Below, piece after piece: positions 36,509-44,525 of a DNA stretch of 50,335 bases (position 1 is the first letter of the stretch; every line of letters begins with the position of its first letter). Source of the stretch: a virus; the IMG/VR virus record IMGVR_UViG_3300009537_000021, positions 1 through 50,335 of that record; one strand, written 5' to 3'. A program made the translations under genes and the position numbers. The notes below the pieces were generated by a model. That model had not been told where the DNA came from, did no database searches, and was given only the letters and a program-made list of their open reading frames with translations.

Positions 36509-36962
36509 TGCCGAATCTCCTTTTCAGGTGGTCTGGACTCCAGAGGATAGGGTTACACCTAGCCACATGAAAGTCCTTTTCTCTTGTGTGGCAGAACTCA
36601 CACCATCTCTGGTCTAGGTAAGGTACGAAGTGGAAGTCTCTGAAGGCTCGACAATAAGGGCACCACCAGTACCCGTTCTCGTTGGCCTGCAATAACTTCT
36701 CGTCCGATACCTTTGAGTAAGGTGGACCGTAACCCACTTGTCGGCTTACTACACCGACCTTGTGAGTATCACGGTATTTCTCCGAGAGGTCTGCTGCTGC
36801 TTGTTTTGCCTCAACATAGGAGAAGAACTTTTTGGACCTTCTCTGGTTGGTTTCGAGGTCTACTACTAAGACCTTCCAAGGCTCATGTGTAAGTGCGGTA
36901 AATGGGAGATTCGTTGGTTCCCCTGTCTCACCGTCGATTATTAGTGGGTCACTCCGTGGCAT
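36492..36962 (-). CDS. Zinc-finger protein, 156 aa
   Basis: WWCPYC...WCEFC (CxxC-x19-CxxC). Confidence 0.55.
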   Translation of the reverse strand: MPRSDPLIIDGETGEPTNLPFTALTHEPWKVLVVDLETNQRRSKKFFSYVEAKQAAADLSEKYRDTHKVGVVSRQVGYGPPYSKVSDEKLLQANENGYWWCPYCRAFRDFHFVPYLDQRWCEFCHTREKDFHVARCNPILWSPDHLKRRFGNANAI

Positions 36963-38895
36963 CCGGGATTGCTGCTCCTGTCAGGTATATGCGTTTGCTT
37001 CTGCCGTCTACTCTCTCCTCTGCTAGACCTTGCTCTATCAGCTCGTCAAGCTCGGCTCTGGTTTTCTTCTGTCCCCAATCCATCTCTGTGCGAATCCAAG
37101 CTAGGGTCGCTCCCCCAGGCCCGGCATCCTGAATGACGGTGATGAGACGGTTGGTGGTTCCAACTGCTCCTGTTCGTTTCCACTCATATTCTGTGGCTCC
37201 GATGTCTCCGATTGTGAGGTCGAACGCAATCGGAGGGGGAGATGGTCGCTCTCGAAACTCCCGCTCCACGACAACCTGGACCCCATGCTCGCTACGGTTA
37301 GCTTCAAGATATAACGCCGCTTCCAGCCAGCCGTAGATCGTAGTGGAACCGAGTAAACGGGTTCCTCCCACCCCCCTTCCACCTCTGCCCGGAGTGCCTT
37401 TCCCCCAATGGTGTATGACCACAACTGCACAATTGTAGAGGTTGCGGATGCGAAGGAGCCACTGGAGTATCGGACGCATTTCTTTAGCCGAGTTTTCATC
37501 GGCACCTCCTATCATTAGGTATAGAGGGTCGAAGATCACCGTCTTAACCCCCTCCTGTCTAATCACCACCTCGATAGCCTCTTGGTCATCAGGCATGGTC
37601 ATATCAAAGCCGAAGTCATTATAAAAGAGGAGCGGTATAGCAGGCGGGGATTGAAAAACTATGGTATCTTGATTCTCTATGGCCGTCTCACCAACCTGCA
37701 GTCCTCTTGAATGGCTAATCTTAAGGAGGCGATCACGGACAATCGGTAGGGAGTTCTCTTGCTGAACCAAAAGCACCGGACCCATCGCTCTCGGGTTGAC
37801 TTGATACTCACCAAGGAATGGGGTCTCGCTCGCAAGAGAAACGGCCATATCAAACATGACCAACGATTTGTATGACTTCGGAAGTCCAGCCACAACACCA
37901 TGCGAGCCAAGTGTCCACCAATCCTCGATAGCCCACTCTGGCTCCCGAATGTTAGAACCGAGGAGTTCGGCGTAAGACAGCAATCTAGGCCTGGCACGTG
38001 TAATGCCATTTGCAACCCGTGTCTGTATGGCAGAGCCAACGTGAAGGTGAGCCTTCTGCACTTCTCGCCATAACTGGATATCGGCATCTCGGCGAGAATC
38101 GTATTTATTCCATACCGTACTTTTAACGACAACGAAGACCTCCTCAGGTGCAAGCCCGGCTTCTAAGAGTCGGCATTCGAGCTCCCAGAGCGAGGCACTA
38201 CGATCCCCTGTTGCCTCTGTGGATTTAAGTAGAACTCGCCCTCTCTGGTCAAGCGACCTGAAAACTCGCTCACGAATGGTCTTGGCTGATTCCGCAGGTA
38301 GAAGTAGATCAGCCGTCTCAGGTAGTTGAATGTCACTGAGGTTGACTTCAACACCATCAAGATAGCCTTTAACCTTGGTAAGGGTGAACTTGTCTCCGTC
38401 ACCCCATCGAAGTCGAACCTTAACCTTACCCGGATATTTGTGGTTTCTGCTCCCGGGTATGCGTAGAACCTGCGTAAGGTCCCAACCGCCTTTATCTGCT
38501 CTTGTGGCATAAGTCAGCCTTCTGTTGTAGGTTTCGTGCTTTAGTGGGTCAAGGGGGCGAGCTAGTCTCCACAGGGCTTGATGACGACCAGGACTCGATT
38601 GAATGGCAATCGTGGGTCGTAGCTCGATCTTGCGGGGGTCCACTGAGTCAAGGTCAGCGTACAACCACTTAGGGTTCTTAACGTGTTCCTTGTGTCTCTG
38701 TGGCTTAGAAAAGAGGTTCGGACAATAGTAGAGGTCGTTCTTGTCCTGGTGCCGAGCTATATGTGCTTCGACCTTATCCCTGTCACCCGGCCAGTGAAAG
38801 GCTTTTGATTCAACCCAACGGGAGCTCTTGTATGGGAGGAACACATAACCATCTTCTTCACCCCATACTGTATCCAAGAACTCCAGAGGTTTCAA
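36949..38895 (-). CDS. Bifunctional primase-polymerase (prim-pol) / RepA-like AAA_25 helicase, 648 aa
   Basis: N-terminal YADLDSVD and SSPGRHQALW prim-pol motifs. C-terminal GLPKSYKSLV (Walker A-like) and VVVIHHWGKG blocks. Confidence 0.8.
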   Translation of the reverse strand: MKPLEFLDTVWGEEDGYVFLPYKSSRWVESKAFHWPGDRDKVEAHIARHQDKNDLYYCPNLFSKPQRHKEHVKNPKWLYADLDSVDPRKIELRPTIAIQSSPGRHQALWRLARPLDPLKHETYNRRLTYATRADKGGWDLTQVLRIPGSRNHKYPGKVKVRLRWGDGDKFTLTKVKGYLDGVEVNLSDIQLPETADLLLPAESAKTIRERVFRSLDQRGRVLLKSTEATGDRSASLWELECRLLEAGLAPEEVFVVVKSTVWNKYDSRRDADIQLWREVQKAHLHVGSAIQTRVANGITRARPRLLSYAELLGSNIREPEWAIEDWWTLGSHGVVAGLPKSYKSLVMFDMAVSLASETPFLGEYQVNPRAMGPVLLVQQENSLPIVRDRLLKISHSRGLQVGETAIENQDTIVFQSPPAIPLLFYNDFGFDMTMPDDQEAIEVVIRQEGVKTVIFDPLYLMIGGADENSAKEMRPILQWLLRIRNLYNCAVVVIHHWGKGTPGRGGRGVGGTRLLGSTTIYGWLEAALYLEANRSEHGVQVVVEREFRERPSPPPIAFDLTIGDIGATEYEWKRTGAVGTTNRLITVIQDAGPGGATLAWIRTEMDWGQKKTRAELDELIEQGLAEERVDGRSKRIYLTGAAIPDATE

Positions 38896-38916
38896 CGGAC
38901 GCTACTCGGTACGTTG

Positions 38917-39111
38917 CTATGAGGAGTCTGAGGAGGGGAATGTCGCTGATAGTCCAGGCGCCCATATGAGGTAGAAGTACCCCACCTTTTGTGCCTGAAT
39001 CAGCCCCTTGTGGATAGCTCTCTGGACCTCATGCTGAGTAACGCCGTACTTCTCGGCTACTTCTCCTGTGGTCATGAAGTCAGACAGGTCAGGTTCCGTT
39101 CTGGTAGTCAC
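38917..39111 (-). CDS. Excisionase/MerR-type HTH DNA-binding protein, 64 aa
   Basis: MTTGEVAEKYGVTQHEVQRAIHKGLIQAQKVG. Confidence 0.6.
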   Translation of the reverse strand: MTTRTEPDLSDFMTTGEVAEKYGVTQHEVQRAIHKGLIQAQKVGYFYLIWAPGLSATFPSSDSS

Positions 39112-39280
39112 TGTCGTCCTTTCTTGCCGGTATATTATTAAGTGTAGCGTCTCCGGTAAACAAGGGTTGAATCAGGAACCAGAGAAAGTAGGCGAAGAAA
39201 ACAACCCATAGACCGATGGCAAACCAAAGCCAGAATTTTAGCAGTAGTAGGACTATCTCAAACACTAGGTTCCAGGTCAC
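39089..39280 (-). CDS. Small membrane protein, 63 aa
   Basis: Two Trp/Phe-rich hydrophobic segments (VFEIVLLLLKFWLWFAIGLWVVFFAYFLWFLI). Confidence 0.55.
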   Translation of the reverse strand: MTWNLVFEIVLLLLKFWLWFAIGLWVVFFAYFLWFLIQPLFTGDATLNNIPARKDDSDYQNGT

Positions 39281-39303
39281 GGATTCTCCTCTCCATTAGG
39301 GAA

Positions 39304-39339
39304 CCCCAGATGGAGGACTTGGGGGGACTCCATCCGGGG
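39304..39339 (-). terminator. 12-bp stem hairpin (one mismatch) after the 112-aa HTH gene
   Basis: CCCCAGATGGAG-12 nt-CTCCATCCGGGG, read directly, 27 nt downstream of the stop at 39366. Confidence 0.45.
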
Positions 39340-39365
39340 CTCTAGCCTACCCAGCGGTAGCGGGG

Positions 39366-39704
39366 CTATTCGTCCTCGTCGTCACCATCACCACTCGACT
39401 TGCGGCCTCTCTCGTGGGAACTCTCGTTCCACAGCTTGATGACCCTCTTGGCGGCGGGCGAGTTGAGGGACTTGCCGAAGTTGTATCGACCCTTGTGTTC
39501 GTGGTCTATCTCCAACTCACCGTTGGCGAGCATCCGACGCAACCACGCTCTGAAGGTCTTGGGATCGGCTCCGACTTGCTCGGCGATCTGACGGGCACCG
39601 ACGCCTGCAGGGGCTTTCGCCTTTGCTTTGGCTGCGGGTTCCGCTTCGGCCTCAACGTCGAAGTCGTCCTCCAACTCCAGTTCGTCTACTTGCTTTCGAG
39701 GCAT
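39366..39704 (-). CDS. DNA-binding protein with acidic N-tail, 112 aa; paralogue of 45899..46183
   Basis: ATG 39704 with AAGGAG 7 nt upstream (the track start at 39734 is a GTG). GARQIAEQVGADPKTFRAWLRR...HKGRYNF. Confidence 0.6.
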   Translation of the reverse strand: MPRKQVDELELEDDFDVEAEAEPAAKAKAKAPAGVGARQIAEQVGADPKTFRAWLRRMLANGELEIDHEHKGRYNFGKSLNSPAAKRVIKLWNESSHERGRKSSGDGDDEDE

Positions 39705-39743
39705 AGCACGCTCCTTTCGTGTCTGGTGCTGCACTCAAGTAAT

Positions 39744-39772
39744 AATATAGCAGACCTAGCCTGAGGACTCAA
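39744..39772 (-). promoter_or_regulatory. Sigma70/SigA-like promoter: -35 TTGAGT, 17-nt spacer, -10 TATATT
   Basis: Read on the minus strand (-35 at 39772..39767, -10 at 39749..39744), about 35 nt upstream of ATG 39704. Confidence 0.45.
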
Positions 39773-39825
39773 ATCAGGGAACCGTTCTGCCGCATCAGGA
39801 GGACGGGTAATCATTTTAACAGACC

Positions 39826-40563
39826 TCATACCATCTTGGGGTGCTTGGCGATAGCTCTCTCCAGTCTATCTACATCAGACGGAAAGTCTACGTCGTCGGT
39901 AAGGTCGTTAATCTCGACCCAGTGGTTCCCTGTCTTGACTCTCTTAGGATTGGTGATAACCCAGGGCAGATCGTCCATGCAGAAGTACCACTCCCAGGGG
40001 GTACAGCGGTTCCACTTACCTGTGAGGTAGTTCTGTGCCACACGGTTCATACAGCGTGACGCCTTAGCGAATGACGGTTGATGGATAGTTATGGCGAAAT
40101 ACTCAGCCCAAGGAGCTAGGCCAAAGGCGCTGTCCGTACTACGACCGAACACTGCCCAGCCCTTAGTCCTGTGGTCTCGTATCTTGTCTATTGCGGCACT
40201 CGAGAACCATACATCACCGAACACGACGGTAGTGGATGGGGGCTCAAAGAAGTCCGTACACTTAGCCAGCATATCTATGCCGCCATAAGCATTCTCACGC
40301 CTGGTGGGTGTTACTACCTCACAGTTCTCATCAGCCAGAGCGGCCACATAAGCTGCATCGCTCGAAAGGACCTTCACTGTCGAAAAGGATTGGAACTGCT
40401 GTATGGCCCTTCGGATCAGAGGTTCGCCCTGGATTTGTATGAAGTGGCGTCCCTTGTCCAGGTGCTGTTTCTTGCTGGCCCCGTCCGCTACGATCAGCGT
40501 GGTTCGTGACTCGGTCGATGATTGAGGTCGTGCTAATACCTCTGGTGTATGGAATGTAGACAA
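39826..40563 (-). CDS. MobA/LicC-like (GT-A fold) nucleotidyltransferase, 245 aa
   Basis: TLIVADGASKK...IQIQGEPLIRRAI, VVFGDVWF and C-terminal DDVDFPSDVDRLE patterns. TTG start with AGGAG 7 nt upstream. Confidence 0.65.
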   Translation of the reverse strand: MSTFHTPEVLARPQSSTESRTTLIVADGASKKQHLDKGRHFIQIQGEPLIRRAIQQFQSFSTVKVLSSDAAYVAALADENCEVVTPTRRENAYGGIDMLAKCTDFFEPPSTTVVFGDVWFSSAAIDKIRDHRTKGWAVFGRSTDSAFGLAPWAEYFAITIHQPSFAKASRCMNRVAQNYLTGKWNRCTPWEWYFCMDDLPWVITNPKRVKTGNHWVEINDLTDDVDFPSDVDRLERAIAKHPKMV

Positions 40564-40912
40564 GTGCGGTCTCCTGCTCTGCTAACTCGGTGTGTGTCAT
40601 TCCCAGCCGTGTTGTGACGTATGGCTTATCAGCCCAGTCAGATCCCACTGCCAGAATGTCTGGTCTCATGCTGCGTACAAGGTCTGGATGCAAGTAGTTG
40701 TCCGATCTGACCGCTACGGCAAAGTAGCCCATTAGTTCTACATGCCACATACGATCATCAACACCGAACACAGGCTTGCCTTTCACCCTCTCCACAAACT
40801 CATCATGGAGAACCCCGACAGTGATATCCTCAGTGATTCTGGCACATTTAGCCAGGAATGAGGCGTGACCTGCGTGCGGTACATCGAATGTGCCTATTGT
40901 TAATAGCCTCAT
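40331..40912 (-). CDS. TagD-type cytidylyltransferase (HxGH nucleotidyltransferase), 193 aa including a 58-aa out-of-frame tail
   Basis: GTFDVPHAGH, VGSDWADK and YTRGISTTSII align block-for-block with glycerol-3-phosphate cytidylyltransferase. ATGA coupling at 40912. Confidence 0.8.
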   Translation of the reverse strand: MRLLTIGTFDVPHAGHASFLAKCARITEDITVGVLHDEFVERVKGKPVFGVDDRMWHVELMGYFAVAVRSDNYLHPDLVRSMRPDILAVGSDWADKPYVTTRLGMTHTELAEQETALVYIPYTRGISTTSIIDRVTNHADRSGRGQQETAPGQGTPLHTNPGRTSDPKGHTAVPILFDSEGPFERCSLCGRSG

Positions 40913-41136
40913 CCGAGTTTCCTGTCTGAGACCATTCTCCCTATCTCTCGACCAACCCAATTCACGGCTCGGTCATACCGGGTGAACATCTTAGCCTCAT
41001 CCCAGTCTTCACCGATGATAGATGCCTCTATGCGTGTGTCAGGATGGCGGGTAAGTGTAGCTATCACTCCCCCTGTGGGGCCATCTAGCTTGTAGCTGGT
41101 GATTGTTTTGTACGGATCCAATGTGCGTTCTGGCAT
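40909..41136 (-). CDS. Hypothetical protein, 75 aa
   Basis: ORF track; coupled at both ends. Confidence 0.5.
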   Translation of the reverse strand: MPERTLDPYKTITSYKLDGPTGGVIATLTRHPDTRIEASIIGEDWDEAKMFTRYDRAVNWVGREIGRMVSDRKLG

Positions 41137-41396
41137 TATAGCCTCTTTCTCTTGCGGTTCTTTATCTGCCTGACTTCATCAGCGTAGGCTTGGCCTGCTG
41201 AATAGGTCTTGATCTTCGTTCCATTAGGCAGGCGACCGGGCGGATATACTATCCACAGAAGTGGTCGATCTTCATGGTGCCTGCGCTCAACGTGGCTGAC
41301 GTAGCCTACTGCCTTTGTTGTCTTGTGCCTTACCCATACTCCTTCCAACGGTGTTGCTGAACTGCCTAGATATACTGGATGATGGAACCTACTCAT
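41136..41396 (-). CDS. Hypothetical basic-tailed protein, 86 aa (MSRFHHP...)
   Basis: ATG 41396 overlaps the upstream stop. The longer track ORF (to 41498) overlaps the upstream gene. Confidence 0.5.
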   Translation of the reverse strand: MSRFHHPVYLGSSATPLEGVWVRHKTTKAVGYVSHVERRHHEDRPLLWIVYPPGRLPNGTKIKTYSAGQAYADEVRQIKNRKRKRL

Positions 41397-41577
41397 CGGT
41401 TGTCTCCCGCAACACCGCCAACAGGGTTCGAGCGCCGTACATCTCGCCAGGTTGTAGGTGGGCGGGGGCGTGTTCGGTGAGGGTGTCCAACACCGCATCC
41501 AAGACCAGCTTGGCCTGCACTTGGTCGTCGCCTACCCACGGCAGCATTGCTTCGATGCACTTATCACGAAGTCTCAT
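41389..41577 (-). CDS. Hypothetical protein, 62 aa
   Basis: ORF track; in the operon chain. Confidence 0.45.
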   Translation of the reverse strand: MRLRDKCIEAMLPWVGDDQVQAKLVLDAVLDTLTEHAPAHLQPGEMYGARTLLAVLRETTDE

Positions 41578-42004
41578 CGGTAGCCTCCCTGCTTCTGCCT
41601 TTCAATTTGCGTATGTACCTGCGAATGGCTTTAGGCAAATGCCCTGCCCATATCCCATCAATAGGCTCGATACCAATGGCATATGTTAAGCACTCCAGAC
41701 GCACGGTACATTCTCCGCAAATTCTTTTAACGTCCTCTGGCACACGGGTAGGCTGTCTAGAGCCAGGTGGGTTCACTGGGAACCAGGTCTCTACGGTGTA
41801 GACAGCCGGGTATGCCTTCATTAACGCCACACAGGATGCGTCGTCTCTCCACTCGCCTCGGCGGTATGCAGGATCATCGCATATCCTATGGTACTCCTGG
41901 AATGTAAGACGGCGTTCTGGAATTACTGCTGGTGACACGGGTTTTTTGCTCCTTTCCTTTGTGTCTATGCGGGAGAGCGGTACCGGACGTGCACCCAGGG
42001 TCAC
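41564..42004 (-). CDS. whiB: WhiB-like Fe-S transcription factor, 146 aa
   Basis: Four Cys in the WhiB arrangement (ASC...ICGECTVRLEC = C-Xn-C-X2-C-X5-C), followed by the GIWAG turn and a basic tail. Confidence 0.8.
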   Translation of the reverse strand: MTLGARPVPLSRIDTKERSKKPVSPAVIPERRLTFQEYHRICDDPAYRRGEWRDDASCVALMKAYPAVYTVETWFPVNPPGSRQPTRVPEDVKRICGECTVRLECLTYAIGIEPIDGIWAGHLPKAIRRYIRKLKGRSREATDETS

Positions 42005-42294
42005 CGGAGGTCTCCTAGCAGGCTGTTAGCAGGCTCAAACACCGGGACATAGACAAGGTAAGCTGGCACATATTCGTGCACCGGGTCCAGCTCTCCGTAG
42101 TCCTCGAGCACCGCATGCCCAGTCTCTGGTCTATAACAGATCAGGCATACTGGCGTGGATGAGAAGATCAGATCCCTTAGATCCCGGTTGAGCCTGATAG
42201 TACGTCCAAGCCAGACAACCAAGGCTAACTGGATGACGGACATTATTATGACGGTTACTGTGAACCAAGTAGGTGACAGGGCGGGTAGGGTCAT
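42001..42294 (-). CDS. Membrane protein, 97 aa (N-terminal TM)
   Basis: WFTVTVIIMSVIQLALVVWL segment; coupled at both ends. Confidence 0.55.
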   Translation of the reverse strand: MTLPALSPTWFTVTVIIMSVIQLALVVWLGRTIRLNRDLRDLIFSSTPVCLICYRPETGHAVLEDYGELDPVHEYVPAYLVYVPVFEPANSLLGDLR

Positions 42295-42512
42295 GGGATC
42301 CTTCTAGGGTTGTGAGTGGAGTATTTCTTGTTGATTGGTGACCGGACGTTAGGTATTTGTAATATTTTTCCAGCGACACTAGACTCCGGGCGTGCGCAAG
42401 CTAGTCGCAGCGCCGCCCGCAGTCTAGGTCTGATTCGCAGGAAGTTGAAAAGGACCCTGGGAGTCGGGCTTTTCTTTTGGTGTTTTTGGTTTGGTGATGG
42501 GTTTGGATTCAT
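42291..42512 (-). CDS. Very basic low-complexity protein, 73 aa (uncertain)
   Basis: ATGA overlaps at both ends argue for translation. The composition (P/R/K/N-rich) argues against a folded protein. Confidence 0.4.
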   Translation of the reverse strand: MNPNPSPNQKHQKKSPTPRVLFNFLRIRPRLRAALRLACARPESSVAGKILQIPNVRSPINKKYSTHNPRRIP

Positions 42513-42922
42513 GATATGGCACTAGCCTCGTCTATGTCCGCTTGGGTCAACTTCCATGCTGCGTGGACCAGTAGTTCAATGGCCGGCGGTACGGGAGTCG
42601 TTTCTCCTCTACTATCGGCTGGACCGGTGATGAGAACTGGGCCATATATCCCAAGAAGCATCAGGTCCGGTCTGCCTGATACAGAGGCCACAGTCACCGC
42701 TGTGTAGTTCCAATGGTCCCGGGCATTGAATTTGTAGAGGTATTCTTCGTTAACCCACATGGTGAACTCGATGTTGGCCATCTTGGCGGGATCGAAGTAG
42801 ACCATGTCTACCGCTTCCATGAGCCCTTCCAGATGTTGCTGGTAATCTTTGTAGGTCTTTAGCTTCTCCTTTGTTCTGGTGTTGTCGTGCTGGATCTTGA
42901 TTGCGGTTATTGGCCGGGTCAT
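42509..42922 (-). CDS. DUF3846-like protein, 137 aa
   Basis: MWVNEEYLYKFN...GIYGPVLITGPADSRGETTPVP pattern. The start at 42922 is supported by an ATGA overlap. Confidence 0.55.
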   Translation of the reverse strand: MTRPITAIKIQHDNTRTKEKLKTYKDYQQHLEGLMEAVDMVYFDPAKMANIEFTMWVNEEYLYKFNARDHWNYTAVTVASVSGRPDLMLLGIYGPVLITGPADSRGETTPVPPAIELLVHAAWKLTQADIDEASAIS

Positions 42923-43182
42923 CGTTCGTGTCTTCCTCTCTTTAAGCCAGTACGGGGGTGTCTCCACCATCTATCGGTGACGTGGCCTCTATCTACTATT
43001 AGTAGGTTGCGACCTCCCATCCCTGTTGAGACGGTGAGAGACACATGGTGTTTAGTTACACCTAGCACTCGGCTGGAAATCTGGCCCTTGATATCTACGG
43101 CGTCCTGCGGGGTTTTAGCTTCCACAACGGTCGCTACTACCTTGTCCTGAGCTCCGTAGTTGATTACCACATACTGAGGCAT
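42919..43182 (-). CDS. Hypothetical protein, 87 aa
   Basis: ATG 43182 in a TAATG overlap with the upstream stop. Confidence 0.5.
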   Translation of the reverse strand: MPQYVVINYGAQDKVVATVVEAKTPQDAVDIKGQISSRVLGVTKHHVSLTVSTGMGGRNLLIVDRGHVTDRWWRHPRTGLKRGRHER

Positions 43183-43448
43183 TACTTCACTACCCACCTA
43201 TCTTTGTCACCGTCCCAGTGGAGACTGGCGTACCATTTGCGTGATGTGTATGGATTTGGGCCGACTATGTAGTAGGCTTTGTCGGTTTTCGGTGCGTTGG
43301 CCAGGCTACCGTCATACTCGTTCCCGAACATGGACGTGGCCTCGAGTACCACTGAATAGGCGTCTCCGCCGTCATTAATGGCTTCTACTGCTTCTCGGAA
43401 GGCTTTCTTGGTCTTGGGACGGGATCCCGTGATGAATGCTCCTTGCAT
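43182..43448 (-). CDS. Hypothetical protein, 88 aa
   Basis: TAATG coupling to the RHH gene. Confidence 0.5.
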   Translation of the reverse strand: MQGAFITGSRPKTKKAFREAVEAINDGGDAYSVVLEATSMFGNEYDGSLANAPKTDKAYYIVGPNPYTSRKWYASLHWDGDKDRWVVK

Positions 43449-43741
43449 TACTGCTCCTTTGGCTTGATCTTGGACTGCTGCTTGGGCGTTGGTGGTGGAA
43501 GGGTATCGTCCTCTCGTAGATGGGTGCGGCCTCTGTGCGTTGGATGGGCCAAGAGCCAGTCATCCAGGGCTTCACGAACGATTGCGGCAAGGGAACTTGG
43601 CCAATCTAGTGTGTCGTGAGGCCTCTGAACCGACTGGTTGCTCATGTAGTCCATGTACCTGTCCAATCTGGCTCTTGTGCGTAGTGGTATACGCACGTTG
43701 AGTTGGACCGCTTTGTCGAAGATCGGATCGGTAAGTTTCAT
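43448..43741 (-). CDS. Ribbon-helix-helix (CopG/Arc-like) DNA-binding protein, 97 aa
   Basis: LNVRIPLRTRARLDRY...IVREALDDWL pattern. Confidence 0.6.
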   Translation of the reverse strand: MKLTDPIFDKAVQLNVRIPLRTRARLDRYMDYMSNQSVQRPHDTLDWPSSLAAIVREALDDWLLAHPTHRGRTHLREDDTLPPPTPKQQSKIKPKEQ

Positions 43742-43765
43742 CGGGCATCTTCTCCAGTTGTTAGG

Positions 43766-44068
43766 TCAGCCTCTCCACTCATGAAGCGCATGGATTGTCT
43801 CAAGCATGGCATGGATCTTCGCTTGATAGTGGGCTTCGGCGTTCTCGTCTACTGGACTCTTGCTCCTTGCGTGCTCGACCATCACCTCGTACATACCGAC
43901 GATATGCTCAAGGTGCGGAACGATGACATTCGTAAGGAACTCATCTCTCCAGTGTGCGGTTACTTGCTCATGACGGAGCGGAACGTCTGTCACGACGGAC
44001 ACGATATGTTCTGCGGCTGCTAGTCCTACAGTTTGTGCCTTGCTGTTTACTTGCTCCTGTGTAGGCAT
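43766..44068 (-). CDS. Hypothetical His-rich helical protein, 100 aa
   Basis: ORF track; in the operon chain. Confidence 0.5.
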   Translation of the reverse strand: MPTQEQVNSKAQTVGLAAAEHIVSVVTDVPLRHEQVTAHWRDEFLTNVIVPHLEHIVGMYEVMVEHARSKSPVDENAEAHYQAKIHAMLETIHALHEWRG

Positions 44069-44304
44069 TACTCCTCTTTCTCTGTGGCTTGAACGTAGAG
44101 TTCTCCGTCCACGATCTGTGTGCGGACACTCATGTTGTTCCTTGCAGCGGCTGAGTACACTCCTGAACGGACAGTCTGTGCTCCGTTACTGAGCTCCTCC
44201 AACTCTTCCTCTGTCCAGACATATATCTGGCCATCCAGATACTTGTCATACTGCGGACGTCGTGAGAGTCTTCCGAACTTGTGTGCCTCTACTGTGTGTG
44301 GCAT
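44068..44304 (-). CDS. Hypothetical protein, 78 aa
   Basis: ORF track; abuts its neighbours. Confidence 0.5.
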   Translation of the reverse strand: MPHTVEAHKFGRLSRRPQYDKYLDGQIYVWTEEELEELSNGAQTVRSGVYSAAARNNMSVRTQIVDGELYVQATEKEE

Positions 44305-44514
44305 CTATTTCACCTCCTTATCTGCATTAAAAGCGGAGTTCTCTGCAACTAGCAGGAGCTCCGTTATAGGGATCTGAATTAGTCCGTGATCGTTGCTGAT
44401 TGGGGGCTCTCCGTCTGTGATGTAGAGGTCAGCCATGTAGTAATCACGGGCTGATGGATCTCTCAATTCACGGAGGCGTCTTGTCTCAACAACGAGGTAT
44501 ATTGTCTCGCTCAC
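44305..44514 (-). CDS. Hypothetical protein, 69 aa
   Basis: ORF track. Confidence 0.5.
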   Translation of the reverse strand: MSETIYLVVETRRLRELRDPSARDYYMADLYITDGEPPISNDHGLIQIPITELLLVAENSAFNADKEVK

Positions 44515-44525
44515 GGTCTGCCTTT

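Noticed and set aside
38917-39111. An excisionase-like HTH as a sign of an integrative or temperate element.
   Set aside because: I saw no integrase, recombinase, repressor or att-like repeat anywhere. The sequence closes on itself as a free phage genome.
40331-40912. An NMN adenylyltransferase, i.e. a phage NAD-reconstitution (anti-defence) pathway, suggested by the HxGH fold.
   Set aside because: The second signature is RGISTT with TagD-like spacing and a DW..K block, not the NadD/NadR ISST-x-IR type. No Nampt or Prs-like partner gene is present.
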